From positions 104,408,001-104,472,000 of the forward strand of contig NC_091478.1 in NCBI RefSeq assembly GCF_036971445.1: a DNA stretch of 64,000 nucleotides, in the 5' to 3' direction. The notes below the pieces were generated by a model, which saw only the letters and a program-made list of their open reading frames with translations, did not search any database and had not been told where the DNA came from. Below are positions 12,487 through 25,641 of this stretch, one piece after another. The position numbers were made by a program, and so were the translations under genes. This stretch comes from Narcine bancroftii. Lineage: Eukaryota. Position 1 is the first letter of the stretch, and each line of letters starts with the position of its first letter.

Positions 12487-13678
12487 CAGGACCCAGGAAT
12501 ACACCAGGTAACCAATGCTATTGAGGAGTCCACATATGCATGTTTAATCTACTTTCGGAAGATGGTTCCATAATCTCAGCATGAATTCACTGCAACGCAC
12601 CCAAACACAGTGACTAAAGGTCACAAACCTTGAAGCTACTTTAAAAAGAAAGGAAGATTACATTTGAAAGTGTATTAATTGCAGATGGCAAAGCTGTTGG
12701 TTTGTAAAAAAACTGGCACTAATGTAACCAAACGTGCGTGTTTTGTGGAATGATAATGATTTTCCCGATATTCAATGAAACATATGTCTCCCAGTAGGAG
12801 CCTTTTGCAATGCATGGATGGCCATTGTATGCCTTAGGGTAGTATTTTTTTCTTTCTGCACAGGCACTGGGAGGAAGCTTGCAGGATGTTATCAGCATCC
12901 TGTTACTGTGACCTGCTTAGCAATACCAGGCTAATGTCCCGTCACCCCACCACACCCCAGAGTCAACCTTTGGCTCCAGTCTGCTATCAATGCCCCAGCA
13001 AATTAATGGTGTTATTTGCTAAAAGACAGGAACACAAAGGTTGCAATTACAATATAATGTTATTTCAATTAAATGTCTGGGAAGGCAACCCAAACAGACA
13101 ATAAATATACTTATGAGTGAAAAGCAGATTGAAATCCTTATTTTACACTCTGTGTCTATATGGGCTCGAATCCATTCCCTTTGGTTCTTTATTTTCCAAC
13201 AGGAACAAAATGGATGATTCTGATTTCAGTTCATTTGAATCAATAGAAGTTTTATTAACTTGGTCACAAATCAAAATATCTCCACGTGCTCATTAAGTAG
13301 TTCATATTTTTCTGATTTTCTTTTTGCCAATATTTCTATACCAGCTTGGATTTCAAAAAAACACTTTTTAAAGTTCCTTGCTAAAAAGCATCAGATGGTA
13401 AACATGATCTGGAACGTGCTGTCCGAAAATGTGCTGCAAATGGATTCAAGGTTCCATTCAAAATTCCTTTATTGTCAATGTAATATTACACGAAATCACC
13501 TTCTGCCTACTGTAAGGGAGACAAAGAGTCGCCTGGTCCCCCACTTACAGTAAGAGAGAAAGAGAAGCAAAAATGCCTTCAGTCATTTTCCACTCTCTGG
13601 TTAAAGGGTGTGAGTAATTGAACTCGCCCTGTACCAACTAACTTTCTGTAATCAGTTTTGCTCTTTTTAATTATTTTT

Positions 13679-13930
13679 TGATGAGAAGACAATGAAGATG
13701 ATGTCAACAACATCATCAACTCTGAATCTCCCGAACTTACCTGACCTTCCCTATCTCCTCCCTTGGCTCCTCCTCAGATTCCCCAATAAAGGCTGGTGAG
13801 CCCAGACTTGCCCCCTCTTGCTCCTGTACCTGGAACCTGGCCAAGTCGTGAATCAGTAATGGTCAGGTTTTTGATAATTAAAGCCATTTTATCACTCCAT
13901 CATGTCGACGTGATTATTGTGTGATCCACA
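13679..13930 (+). mobile_element. Possible short solo LTR
   Basis: TG...CA ends, internal AATAAA/ATTAAA and LTR-like composition; no TSD found. Confidence 0.35.
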
Positions 13931-14129
13931 ATCAAATAGCAGGTTTGGATCTGGAGCTCAGGTTGCAAAGGTATCAAACAGGGATCAGTGAGGCTGTGGA
14001 AGCACTGGAGGAGAATCTGAGAACACAGTGATTCACTTCTCCTTCTCTTACAGTAAGGGGTGCCGGGTGGAGCTCGTGGCAACTTACAACTCATGTTCAC
14101 AAGTCATACTTTCTCCTGGAAGATTGTAA

Positions 14130-14275
14130 ATTCTTAACCAGCTCCAAATTTATGCAGAGAGATCTGGGATTATATTCCAGTGCAGCACTGAAGGAATGCT
14201 GCATTGTTATGTCTTCTGGACTAAATAAAGAAAACAGCATGTGTTTTATTAACACAAAGGACCTCTGAACAAGAG
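14130..14275 (+). mobile_element. Old SacSINE1/DeuSINE-like remnant (related remnants ~10080-10350, ~15480-15750, ~27165-27340, ~44060-44340)
   Basis: ccagtgcagcactgaaggaatgctgcattgt resembles my recollection of the chondrichthyan SINE core; highly diverged. Confidence 0.5.
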
Positions 14276-14929
14276 GTCAAATGTTGGAATCAACAGCCAG
14301 CATCCCTGCCACTGATCTAAAGTAAAGCACTTTATGAGGCCTGTCAGTGCTTTGGAAATAAAATAAAGTATTCTTCAAAGTACATCAAATAGACTTTGCT
14401 ATGAACCAACTAGCAGGCAAATTGTTTTTATTGGCATCAGTGGCTAATTGTTGCCATTAAAAGTCAACATAAAGATGCTGAACCCAACCTGATTTATGGG
14501 ACTCAATGCTCAGGATAGGATCACATTTTTGTAAGAAAGATTCATTTCTTTTGCTTTCTGCTGCTTCATCCCTAAGCAACACAAAAAAATGTGCCATTTA
14601 CTACTTGCTATTTTCACTTTGCGAATTTATAATCCCTTTATTTCTTTATTTCCACATAATTCTGCCTCTTATTTCACATTCTTTTTTGATATTTGTTCAG
14701 TAAATTACAAAAATTTTCTCCCATGATCTCACTACTTATTATTTCATTTTTCCCCCCGTTCATTTCCCTTTGAAATTAATCATTCATCATTGTCTAGCTA
14801 CTGGCCCACTTCTTTGCAACCCCTGCGGAGGCTGCTTGCTGATGGTGAGAGAGTATGAAACTGGTTCCCAATTTCCCATTTGCACTCCACCCAGACTTGG
14901 CCACTGCCACCCAGAAGGACACCTCTGTG

Positions 14930-15110
14930 TTCTGCTCCATGTTGTCATGTTGGATATGCATGACATTCCTTCATGGTTTCTAGGTCAAAATTCCAAATGC
15001 TCACTGATTAACTGATCAAGGATTGCAGCAATTCCAGAAGGCAACTCATCAAATCCTTCTGAAGGGCAATAAACATTGGGCACATAATTCTAGTCACCTA
15101 TGTCTTATAA
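14930..15110 (+). mobile_element. Old LINE 3' end (RTE-X/L2-like, clade uncertain)
   Basis: ggattgcagcaattccagaaggcaactcatcaaatccttctgaagggcaataaa resembles a common shark LINE terminus. Confidence 0.45.
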
Positions 15111-16029
15111 ATATATCAAAAAGTCACCTCTTTCACACTTTTTATCTTTTGCTGAGCAGGGTTGTGACTGAGATCATTATTTCACAGGAATACGATGAAA
15201 GTTATGTTCCAGGGATCTGGAACCTCAGCGCACAGCATTTGGTCTTGTGGTAAGGACAGTAGGGATTTGAAGCAAATTGAAGTAATTAACTCCAAGTACA
15301 AAGGTCACCTTCTTATGGACAGTTACCAGTGGTTGTTTTCATGTAGCTTCACACAGAATGAACCATCAGGGAATGAGTCACCAAAAAGAAACTTATTTGC
15401 AGGCATAATTGAAATGAAAATGAATAACCCAATCGTAATTATTTTCATAAGTTCAAAATATTAAATAACCTTAAAACCAATGATGTACTTGCTAATTGTT
15501 GTAATGTAGGGAATGAATTGCCCAAAAAAGACCCACAAAAACAATAAAAATATGAACTACTTGACAATTAAATGATGTTTTTGAAGGATTAGGATGCTTT
15601 GAAATAGAGCCTAAGTTTTTTTGTGTCCTTGAAGAGAATAGATAAAGCCTCAGTTTGGCTCTCATCTGGAAGATTGTACTTATGATGGTGCAACTCTCTC
15701 TCAGTTTATGTTTGTGTTTGAGCCTCCATCTAGTCTACTCACTGAGCTAGGACTCCCCTTTATCTTCTCTGCTCACTGTTCTAATAAAGCAAAAGAAAGA
15801 GTTTAAATCCAGACGAGTGTATCAGCACAAAACTGCACTGTTTTGTCATATTTGAGAGTTCACTGAGCGAGACTCCCGTCTTGGGAACAGTTAATGTGCC
15901 CGGCTATAGCAGGGATGGTTAGAAGGCTAACAAGCACTTATCATTTATTCAGGACCGCTACAATCAGCAAAGGGAGGGGGCTGATATCAACTCAATCTGA
16001 TTGGAATTGTAACCTGGGCTTTTTCCCTT

Positions 16030-16335
16030 TTTCAAACTTTCTATTGATTTTATAATAATAAAACATGTAAACACATTGTGTATATGAATACATAATCAGT
16101 ACAGAAGGTACTTTATACAGAGCTATTATAATCAGTACCCATATCATGAATCACTTCTAAACCCTGAATTAAAGAATGATATGAAATACTTTACTATAAT
16201 ATCTCTCCCCACTACCTAGATCGGATTAATACTCTACTTCAGAAAAAGAAAGCGGGAAAAAAGGACATAAAATTATCATCGAAATTGATGTTGTTCTAGA
16301 AGTTCTGTAAATAATTCACAAATGGTCCCCACTTT
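16030..16335 (-). mobile_element. L1/Tx1-like LINE 3' end
   Basis: T-rich plus-strand end; minus strand aagtgggaccatttgtgaattattt (KW.PFVNY-like L1 terminus); parallels 58580-58960. Confidence 0.5.
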
Positions 16336-18015
16336 TACAAACAGTCCCCTCTCAACCTGGACTTTTTGAAGGATCGTCCTGCTCAGCAGCCAATAACTGT
16401 CCTGAACAGTATGTACTTGTTTCAGTTTAACATGTTGTGTTTATACTCAATAATTTTAGCATGAACATGAAGAACTGCAGGAAGGATAACATCAAGGGTG
16501 CATAAAGGAGATTATCTCCATAGAAAAGGAATCTAAACCATTGTGAACTTCCACTCAACAATTTTACCTATCTATTTTTCATTGTGGCCTTACACATAAA
16601 CTGTACAAATAAACAAAATAATTATCAGATTAGGAAGTACAAATGGCTTGAAATGAATACAAATAACATTGGGAAGATACACAAGTGCACAATTCTTAGT
16701 TGCAAAGACACAATGGAAAAGATCTTGCATTTGATTGTGGAAAATGCACATTGGTGTGACAACTGTTGTGCATTTTCAACGGAAAGAGAAATGAGGAATT
16801 TAAAACACAAAGGCATCACCAAAGTACTGGCTTTCTACTATCCCACAAAGTTTACAGCTAACCTGGTGCGTTTTGCTCAGTGCCATACACTAAGAGCATT
16901 GTAGGCTGTATAAGCCTGAGGAACTACTGAAATTTCTTGGCACACTTGTGGCTTGAACATCTGAAAGTAACAGAGGTTTTGTAAGAACTGTAGAGTGATA
17001 CCTCCATCATGTGCTGGCGATTCTCAACAGTGTGTGGGAGCACATAATGGACCGAGTAGAAAGGGGGTATTTGGCAGCCATGGGGACCATTCTTTGGCAA
17101 GTACCTGGGGCTCTCTAGCATCTTGGGAACAGCAGTGGGGAGCACCTGTGGAGTCATATCTATCACAGGATTGCTGGGAGACATGTGGAATTGGTAAATA
17201 GCTCGGCATGTATGTGACGAAATATAAGCAAGTTAATCTGTTGTGTGGTTTGGAACACTGCTCAAGGAAAATGAAAAAAAGTACAGTTTTGAACAGACTG
17301 GCTTATTAATTTTTTTTACTGTGGATTTTGAGTCACATTCATGTAAACTTTTCTCCTTCACCTTCCTGAGTGTAGTTCTTATGAGCTACTTACAATTCCT
17401 CTATTAAGGACGGTTGGAGGTGGAATGGAAAAAAGTTGCTTCCAGATATTCTGTTCAATGGGTTGTTTTCTTTGTACAGAAAAAAAGGAGAAAGAAAAAC
17501 AAAACCACACGATAACTCCGGTATGGCCTGCCATTGAGAGATCTTGCATCAGTCCCTGGGAATATCTTTGTTACCTCTTCCTGCCAATTTTATTTTATCA
17601 CAGAGCTGTCAACAGTGATCATGCACAATAAGTTCCAGCTCACACCATGTACGCTTCCCTTCAGCATTTCCTCACTCTTTTTGCTTTTCACAAGCCAGCC
17701 ATTTCCACTGTGAATAATTGTCCCTTTGGGCAGTTTTGAAAAGCCCAGAAACATGCCGCATAATAATAAATTACTGCCACAAAAATGTTCTATGCTGTGA
17801 TAAGATGTTAGCACTGCATGTTAATGTACAAGTGTCATGTGATGACAATTAAAACTTTTGATTTCCACTCCGATCATTAAATCACATCCAGAAAAGTGGA
17901 GGAGAACTCCTTCAAAGCTCGCCACCACTAATTCATTTTGGAATGAAATCAAGAAGCTGTTTTTTTTTCAGAGCACAGATCTGGAAATCTTTCTTCAATG
18001 CTGTTATATGTGGAT

Positions 18016-18665
18016 TGTGGAGAAGCACGTGGCCTCCTTGCCTGTCTGGAATATTGTGGATGGTCAAGTGTCCTCCCCAACTAAAACTTATTCAGATGTC
18101 ACACCACCTGTCAATCAAGGTTGGACTCCAGCCACCCATTAGTGCACACCTTGCCATTGGCTCATTTAAATGACCAGGGGTCATTATTGGCTAGGAGCCT
18201 GGTTCAGAACTGTATATAACATCAACACAGCACATTCTCTCTCTCTGCCTCATGGTCAAAATCCCAGATATTGTTCCATGCCAGGTTGCTACTGTGGACA
18301 TCGCTGGAAGTGTCGTGAGTAAGCTGTGGACTACACTTAAACTGAGCTGTAGTACTGCGATAGATCAGTACTTGCCGAGAGCCGCACAGCTGTTGGCACA
18401 GGGAACCAGGAGTGTGAATCAAGGTCCCTGCCTGTAGAGTGTATACTCGCGTGTTAGCATGTAGAGTATAGATGGCCACTGGTATTGGAGTCCAACCTGG
18501 GTCCAACGTGTATGTCTATATAGTTGTTTAGTAATTAAGCATCATTTGACATTCTCCTCTGTTTGTCTCCTGTGTGTTCATTGAAGTTAATGGTGATTGT
18601 AACATTTGTATCCAGACTCATCTCTCTGTGAACCCACTGAACCTGATATTCTTCCCAACACAACA
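18016..18665 (+). mobile_element. Probable solo LTR
   Basis: TGTGG...CAACA termini, two ATTGG boxes upstream of TATATAA (~18213); TSD only partial (TGGAT/GGGAC). Confidence 0.55.
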
Positions 18666-19260
18666 GGGACAAACCAGAACTTTCAACCCGGAGGTAATAG
18701 ATTTTTATTAGTTAAATATATTAAGGGAACTTGATCAAAGGTAAATGCAGTAGAGTTTCAGATTCAAGATTCCTTTATTGTTATGCAATATTACATGAAA
18801 TTGGTTCTGCCTGCTGTAAGGCAGACAAAGAGTCGCTATTAGTGTCGCCTGGTGCCCCTGACAGTAAGAGAGCAGAGTCAACTTAATGTCCGTGGATTCA
18901 CCTCGAGTGTTTCTGCAGCCTCAGGAGACATCCAGATCTCCAGCTTGATTTTCCACAACCAGACAAAATAAAAGAATGAACTGAGGTAGATGATAGCTCA
19001 CTCCTGTTTCTATGGTGTACATATTGGTTGAAATAACAGCTGATTCTGATGAGAAACATTAACTCCAGTTTTCCTCACCACAGTGGCTGTCCGACCTGCT
19101 GAGCATGTTGAACTTTTTCTCCTTTTATTTCTGATTTCTTGCAGTGATTAGTCTTCCGATACCAGTAAAATCCATCACCATACTTTCTCTCTTATGGGGG
19201 CAGCAGAGAGTGACATAGAACAGGAATAGAAAATAATTTGTCTTCATTCTTTTAAATGTA

Positions 19261-19500
19261 AATTTAGACGTACAGCACGGCAACAGGCCATTTTGCCCCA
19301 CAAGTCCTTGCTGCCCAATTTATATCGAATTAACCTACATCCAGTGTGTTTCGAGCAGTGGGAGGAAACTGGAGCCCCCTGGGAAAATCCGTGCAGATAT
19401 GGGGAGAATGTACAAACTCCTTACAGACAGCAAGGGATTCGAACCCCGGTCCGGTCCCAAACACTGACACTGTAAAGGCATTGCGCTGACCATTACGTCA
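19261..19500 (-). mobile_element. HE1/V-SINE-like tRNA-derived SINE
   Basis: Minus-strand B-box GGTTCGAATCCC, central ttctccccatatctgcacggattttc and CR1-like tail. Confidence 0.85.
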
Positions 19501-20497
19501 TCCTTCTTTCACATTCAGCAAGTGAACTTTTCAATTTGCTATTGTTTGTTCAGAAGTAAAAGCTCACACTATGTTTTTCTCTATTGAGGTTCCATGACCT
19601 GCTGAGTACTTTCAGCCTTCTGTGTTTTTATTTCAGTTGTTAAACATCTGCAGAATTTTACTTCAGCATATGTCATGCATTAATTTTTTTCTTTGCTTTC
19701 CTATCAATGGCATCAATCAAATGAACCATATGATTGCACTTTATTTTACATTAGAGGTTGCTTTCATCAAATTCCAGCTAACTTGATTGACTGGAGAGAG
19801 AAACTCCTGCTCGTGTATCATTTTCTGAGAATGTGCTTTCCCAGACTGCAATCACCGTCCAGCGTGTTGGAGAGAACCTACTTATGATTCAAATCCTTAA
19901 GGAGCATATTCTAATCCGTTGATTTGCATCAGGCTATGTTCAGCTCCAAAGATGATGATTAAATGTGTGAGAATAACAGAGTGCCTTAATAATCTTTTAA
20001 CATTTAGTTGAGATGATGTGCTTTACTGATTAACGAGGAAAATGTCAAGGTTTAGAGGGTTAAATCATTGGGATGGGATAAAGAGAGAAAATTTATAATC
20101 CCTTGAGCATGGAAGATCAAAGAATGATATAATTGACTCATTTAAAATGATTAAAGGTTTTCTTTTAGGGTGGGAACAGGGAAATTTATTTTTTTTCTGA
20201 TGCAGCATCCAGAACAAAGGAGCATAAGAAAGGCAAAGGAGGCAATAATGTCAGGAAGTATTTAGTGAAATCTGGAGCTGCCCTCTCACAATGAACTCCT
20301 GGGATTGAGATCATTTGAAGATTTCAGAACTTGAGATTGATAGTTGGCTTGATGTACAGGATCTTGCAGAGAACATCAAATCTGCTGGCCTTTGGAGAGT
20401 GTATCAGCCACGACCCTATCCAGCAGATCAGACTTTAGGGTCATGCAGCTTACTCCAATTCTTATGCAGGTCAATATCAAAGATTAAATGCCAGATA

Positions 20498-21190
20498 GTC
20501 AAGTCAAGTTTGTTGTCATCTGATTGCTCAACGACATCCCAATGAAACAACATTCTCCAGACCTCAGTGCATAATGTGCAGACACACCACCAGACATAAC
20601 ACACATACAGATAAACAATTCGTCTGCTGGACAAGTCTTCATACAAATAAATAAATATTGTTTCATGAAAACGAGAGTCTCTGATGGTTAGTGTCAGCAG
20701 TTCCTGTTGTCGTTCAGCATTCTCATTGCCCGTGGGAAGGAGCTGTTTCTCAGCCTGGTGGTCCTAGCTCTAATACTCCTGTATCTCTTTCCCGATGGAA
20801 GCAGCTGAAAAATGATGCATGCAGGGTGGAGGGAAACGCTAATGATTTTAAGCACCCACTTCAGACAACAATTCTGGTTCAGCACCTTGATGAGGGGAGC
20901 AAGACTCCAGTGATCCTCTCTGCCACTCTTAGGGTCCTGTGGATTGACCTCCGATCCATTTCTCTGCAGCAACCACACCACAATGTGATGCAGCCGGCCA
21001 GGATGTTCTCGATCGATCTCCTGTAGAAGGATGACATAATGGTGGCCGGTAGCCTTGCCCACTTCAGTCTTCTCAGGAAGTGCAGTCATTATTGCGCCTT
21101 CCTAACAAGTGAGGAGATGTTGTGTGTCAACAATAGGTCAGCAGTTAGCTGGACTCCAAGGAACTTGACGCTCTCTACACTTCCAACTCC
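20498..21190 (-). mobile_element. Rex1/Babar LINE 3' portion
   Basis: ORF 20694-21089 ..FQLLPSGKRYRSIRARTTRLRNSSFPRAMRMLN; (CTTGA)n tail. Confidence 0.88.
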
Positions 21191-21299
21191 TCTATTCCTT
21201 AGGGAGGTAAAATTAGATGACAACATCTGGAACTGTGTTTTCCTTCCTTTCTTAGGCTGCAGTTCTTCCCTAGGTCCAAATGAACTCAGTGCATCTCCT

Positions 21300-22330
21300 G
21301 CACATAAGAAATAAGAGCAGGCAAACTTCTATTCATCAAGATCACAGCTGATCTTGTACCTCTACCACATTTTCCTGTACCAATCCATATCATTTGAATC
21401 CCTTAATAGCCAGAGATTTATCAATTGGAAATGAAGAAATATTTATACCTTTAGAGTCATCCAAGTGGGACAAATCCAAATAAATTACACTTAATCTCAG
21501 TTAAAGCAGCCTGCCTCTTATTCTGTGATCCAGATTCCACAACCAGAGGAAATCCCTCCTTGCCTCCAGCCTGTTGAGCCATGGAAAAATTCTGAAATTT
21601 TTAATGAGAGCTCCTTTCATTCTTGAAGTCAAGACGTTGTCATCTAATTGCATAAGTACAACCCAGCAAAACAGCGTTCTCTGGTCTTTGGTGCAAAATG
21701 TGCAGACACACAACCAGACATAAGGCACATGCAAACAATATATATGCAATATTCATATATACAAACATTGTTTCAGAAATATGAGAATCTCAGAGGGTCA
21801 GTGTGAGCATTTTCTTTGGTCGTTCAGCATTCTCACTGACTGCAGGAAGAAACTGTCCTCAGCCTGGAGGTGCTGGCTCTGATCCTCCTGCATCTCTTCC
21901 CTGACAGAAGCAGCTAGAAGATGCTGTGTGCAGAGTGGAAGGGGTTCTCAATAATTTGGCATGCCCTCTTCAGACAACGATTCTGGTAGATCACGTCAAA
22001 TGGGATCGGCGGGGGGGGGGGGGGGGTGATCTCCAGTGATCCTCTCTGGCACTCTGTGCATTTAGAGAGTACAAGCCCAATCTATGCTGTATCCCTTCCA
22101 ACGCCAAACCTAACATCCCTGAAACCAGCCCAGCAACCTTTGTCGCATTCTCTCTGTGCTAAGGGCATCTCTTTTTTTTTAGGTAAAGAGATTTAAACTC
22201 TACGCAATAGTCTCATCAAGGACTTGATATAATTCCAATAAAGCATGTTTACTCCTGTCGTTAAGTTGTCTTGTAATAAATGTGATCATATTCTTCCTTT
22301 TGATCATATTCTCCATATTGCCTTTTAATA
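21300..22330 (-). mobile_element. Old CR1 3' end interrupted by a second Rex1/Babar copy (~21628-22050)
   Basis: CR1 tail cataagaaataagagcagg..tcaagatcacagctgatc; the insert is similar to 20498-20940; CR1 resumes at tttagagagtacaagcccaatc. Confidence 0.75.
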
Positions 22331-22741
22331 ATTTGTTTCTGTCCAGGCAAGTCAAAGAGTCAAAGGATCAGATCATGATTGCAAGAGGAATTTATGTTGG
22401 AGTGGTCTTAATCTCTATGTTATGTTCTATGCAATTTCAAGCAATTAAAGAGCTTTTGTATATTGCATTAAACTCCAGCTTCTGTTCCCTTTCCTTTCTT
22501 CTTTAAAAACAATAAAATGGGTGATTTTTTTTTTCTGGTGCTACTGAATTGCAACCTACTTTATATCCCATGTTTACTTTAATAGAATATAAAAAATGGG
22601 ATGGGCTGTTAGCTGTTATTTGCACTCGCCCAGCAAAAAAACCCAATTACCATTACCCACCCTAAGTGTTAGCAAACGATGTGATGTTGAAGGTATCATA
22701 GCAGTGACTGAATCAGTGCTTGTCTTATGCATGCTAACTTA

Positions 22742-22761
22742 TCCTCCAGCAGAGGGTGCTG
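22742..22761 (+). promoter_or_regulatory. Candidate CTCF-binding site
   Basis: TCCTCCAGCAGAGGGTGCTG is close to the CCASYAGRKGGCRS core; lies in unique-looking sequence. Confidence 0.55.
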
Positions 22762-24229
22762 AATAGCTGGGTACCAGGAGTCGCCAGAGACGCATCAGTT
22801 GCAGTAGCTGATACTTCTCCCACTCACACATCCATATATCTTCAAATGTTGGAGAGGCACAGAAGAAATTAGATAGAGCCGCAAGAAGAACTAAGATTTA
22901 AAAAAATGTTAATATTAATGTTTTCTTTTTTAAGTGTTTCAGGAACATTTCTTTAGCTGTCAAATCAGATGGTTGTGTCGGATCCAAGTTCTTGAAGTTT
23001 TCATGATGATGTGCAGAAGAGCACACTGATATTTAATGGTATCTCCCTTCTGAAGTTGTCTGTAGACATACGTCTGAGCTTGCAAGCAGATTCAAGACCC
23101 CAGTCATCTTCTGACTCAAGGTCCATTTTATAAAATCCCACTCCTTGCATGGATCTTCACAATAAGCCAGAAGCTAGGAACACAGCTTTGTAAATACACA
23201 TCCTCTCATGACACTTCAGTAGATCGATGGCCTCTTAAGATATTTGGAGTGATTTTCATCACTCTTATTCAGAATGCAGACAGTTTGTTGTGGTTCAGTC
23301 CCCATGGGCATCAACTCTTCTCTGGTACGTTAACAGTCAATATCTGAATGAGCTGGTATGTGTAAACCACAATGCAAGGAACATGGATAAAGCAATTCAA
23401 TGACTTGTGCTCTTTCTTTCACAGCTTAGTTTAGTGATAAGTGAGGAGATTAGCAACTTTGAAGTGACTTAGAGAAGTTATTCTTATGCATGTAAATTGC
23501 AATAGGGAAACTCAGCCATTTTGTTGTAGTATGTCCTCCCCAGGGATAAAGTTCCTCATTTCTGTTTATTTATCTCTTTGTGTCCCTTTCCATCAACTTA
23601 CCTCTGCAACTCATTAAACATTTTCATGGTCCTCTTTGCCTCAGTCACTAATTCTCACAGTACATTCTGCATCTTCTTCTGTGAATCGCTGAGAGAAAGG
23701 AAAATATTTAAAATGTCAATGTACGACAAGATGGTAAGTGAGATGCAAAGAAAATTGGGTTTGAAAAATTGTCTCCACTGTTCAGTGTGCTGAGCCTAAG
23801 TAATAGAGGCAATTACTGAACGCATTCTGTGTGTTAACTGTTTGCAAAATATTTTGATTTTTTTTCTTAAATAATTTCTCCCTGAAGAAACTGAAATTAA
23901 AAATCAATGCACTGCACTCCACCACAGTGGCACAAAATCATTCTATTTTACATGGTGCAGAGTTGGCATCAGAATGTTGACCCTCTGAAAGAACTTGAAC
24001 AGTCTGACGGTTTTTCTCAGCTGAGTGAGTCTGAAAGGCATTGAATAATGACTAGTACATGTGCTTGCTCATTAATTAACAATCACTGAAGCCTGCAATA
24101 TTGTGGTTAGGGTGGTTGACTGGTTGATGAAATTTTATATAATAATTTCAATCTTATGACGTTCTCGCTCATTCCCACTTCGGTCTAACAGCAAGTCCTA
24201 ACTTGAGTGACAAAATCTGTCAAGTTTTT

Positions 24230-24420
24230 TTAAAGACATACAGCACAGTAACAGGCCCTTCCGGCCCACAAACCCGTGACCCCCCAAATGCACTAATTAA
24301 CCTGCAACCTCAGTACATTTTGAAGGGTGGAAGGAAACTGGAGCACCCAGAGGAAACCCATGCTGACTCCTTACAGTCTGCGTTGGATTGGAACCCGGGA
24401 CTCTCGCACTGTAATAAATA
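24230..24420 (-). mobile_element. HE1/V-SINE-like SINE
   Basis: gacatacagcacagtaacaggccct..gaggaaactggagcacccagaggaaaccca..ttggaacccggg. Confidence 0.82.
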
Positions 24421-25437
24421 GCATTCTGCTAAGAATGCTGGAATGTCTGATGGAATTTCCTTCAACTTCATTTTGTTGTATCTTTTCCCCCTAGTGGACC
24501 CTGAAACTCATTAAAGATGGTGCTTAAAATGTTAAGAACAAATAAAATATGTAATGGCTGGCATCAAACTAATAGTATCTCCACTATGGTGTTTGCAAGA
24601 ACCACCAACAACTGACATCAAATGACACATCCTCTTCTTGCACTGTTTTACCTTGTTTCCCTCACTCCATCTCTTGATTTTGAAGTGATCCTCAGAAAAA
24701 AAGCTCCAACATATCTTTAATTTCAAACTATGGGAAAATATGTATAGAATCATCACTTTTTGGATCCCCTGGAAATGCTGAAGAATAATTTGGAATTGAC
24801 AAATAAAAGAGAAGGAAAGCCCACATGGTAGGTTAAGGAATAAATAGTCAGTGAAATGAAGTCTGTTTCTTTTTTCTCATGTTTTGTGAGAAGGAAGGAG
24901 ATCAACAGGCATTTTTGAACTATACTGCTGACAAATGCCTGCCCAGGTTATTAGAGGGGACAGGAGAAGAAAGAAATTAGCAAGTAATTGTCTGTAAACA
25001 GATGTATGAACGTTCATTATTAGATTGCTGGAAGTTCTTGACAGAGTGATGGAGGGCGTCACACTGAACAGGAAGAAAACATTTAACCATCAATTTGTTC
25101 ATTGCGTGCAGCCACAGTTAGGAGCTGCTTCCTCAGGTCCTGAGTGGTTCAGTAACTACGCACAGTTACTAAATTAGAATGCTGTGAACAACAGGGTCTG
25201 GCCATTTAAGTTAAACCTAGCTGCATTTCGTCTGGTGGGAAAATGCAGAACATGGTCTATTTTTTTTCCTGATTTATTTGTTTCCACTGAATGTGAGACC
25301 ATCTTGTAAGGATATAAATTAAAAGTTTCCTCCTGCCTTTAAAAAAATAGTGATTTACAGAGATAGAGCAAATTAAAAGACAATTAAATTATAGACTATA
25401 TTTGCAAGTAGTATATACGTATGTGCAATTATTATTG

Positions 25438-25641
25438 AGTGAAACATTAAAGTCTGCAGATGCCGTGATTATAGTCAAAACATGGTAAATGCTGAAGGAA
25501 CTCAGCCGGTCTTGCAGCGTCCATAGGAGCTAAAGATATATTGTCAACATTTTGAACCTGAACCCGAAATGTTGGTTCTATATCATTGCCTCCTATGGAC
25601 ACTGTGAGTCCGGCTGAATTCCTCCAGCATTTACTGTGTCT
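25438..25641. mobile_element. Penelope-tail-derived inverted-repeat (hairpin) element
   Basis: Arms ~25480-25551 and ~25567-25639 are about 80% reverse-complementary; centre CAACATTT...AAATGTTG; flanking ATTATTATT on both sides. Confidence 0.75.

Noticed and set aside
12864-13104. Coding exon after the acceptor-like site at 12863
   Set aside because: The open frame (HWEEACRMLSASCYC..) resembles nothing I know and there is no strong donor; kept only as a non-coding candidate.
19430-19500. GGTTCGAATCC B-boxes as tRNA genes (also ~46600, ~54685)
   Set aside because: No cloverleaf; they continue into SINE bodies and CR1-like tails.
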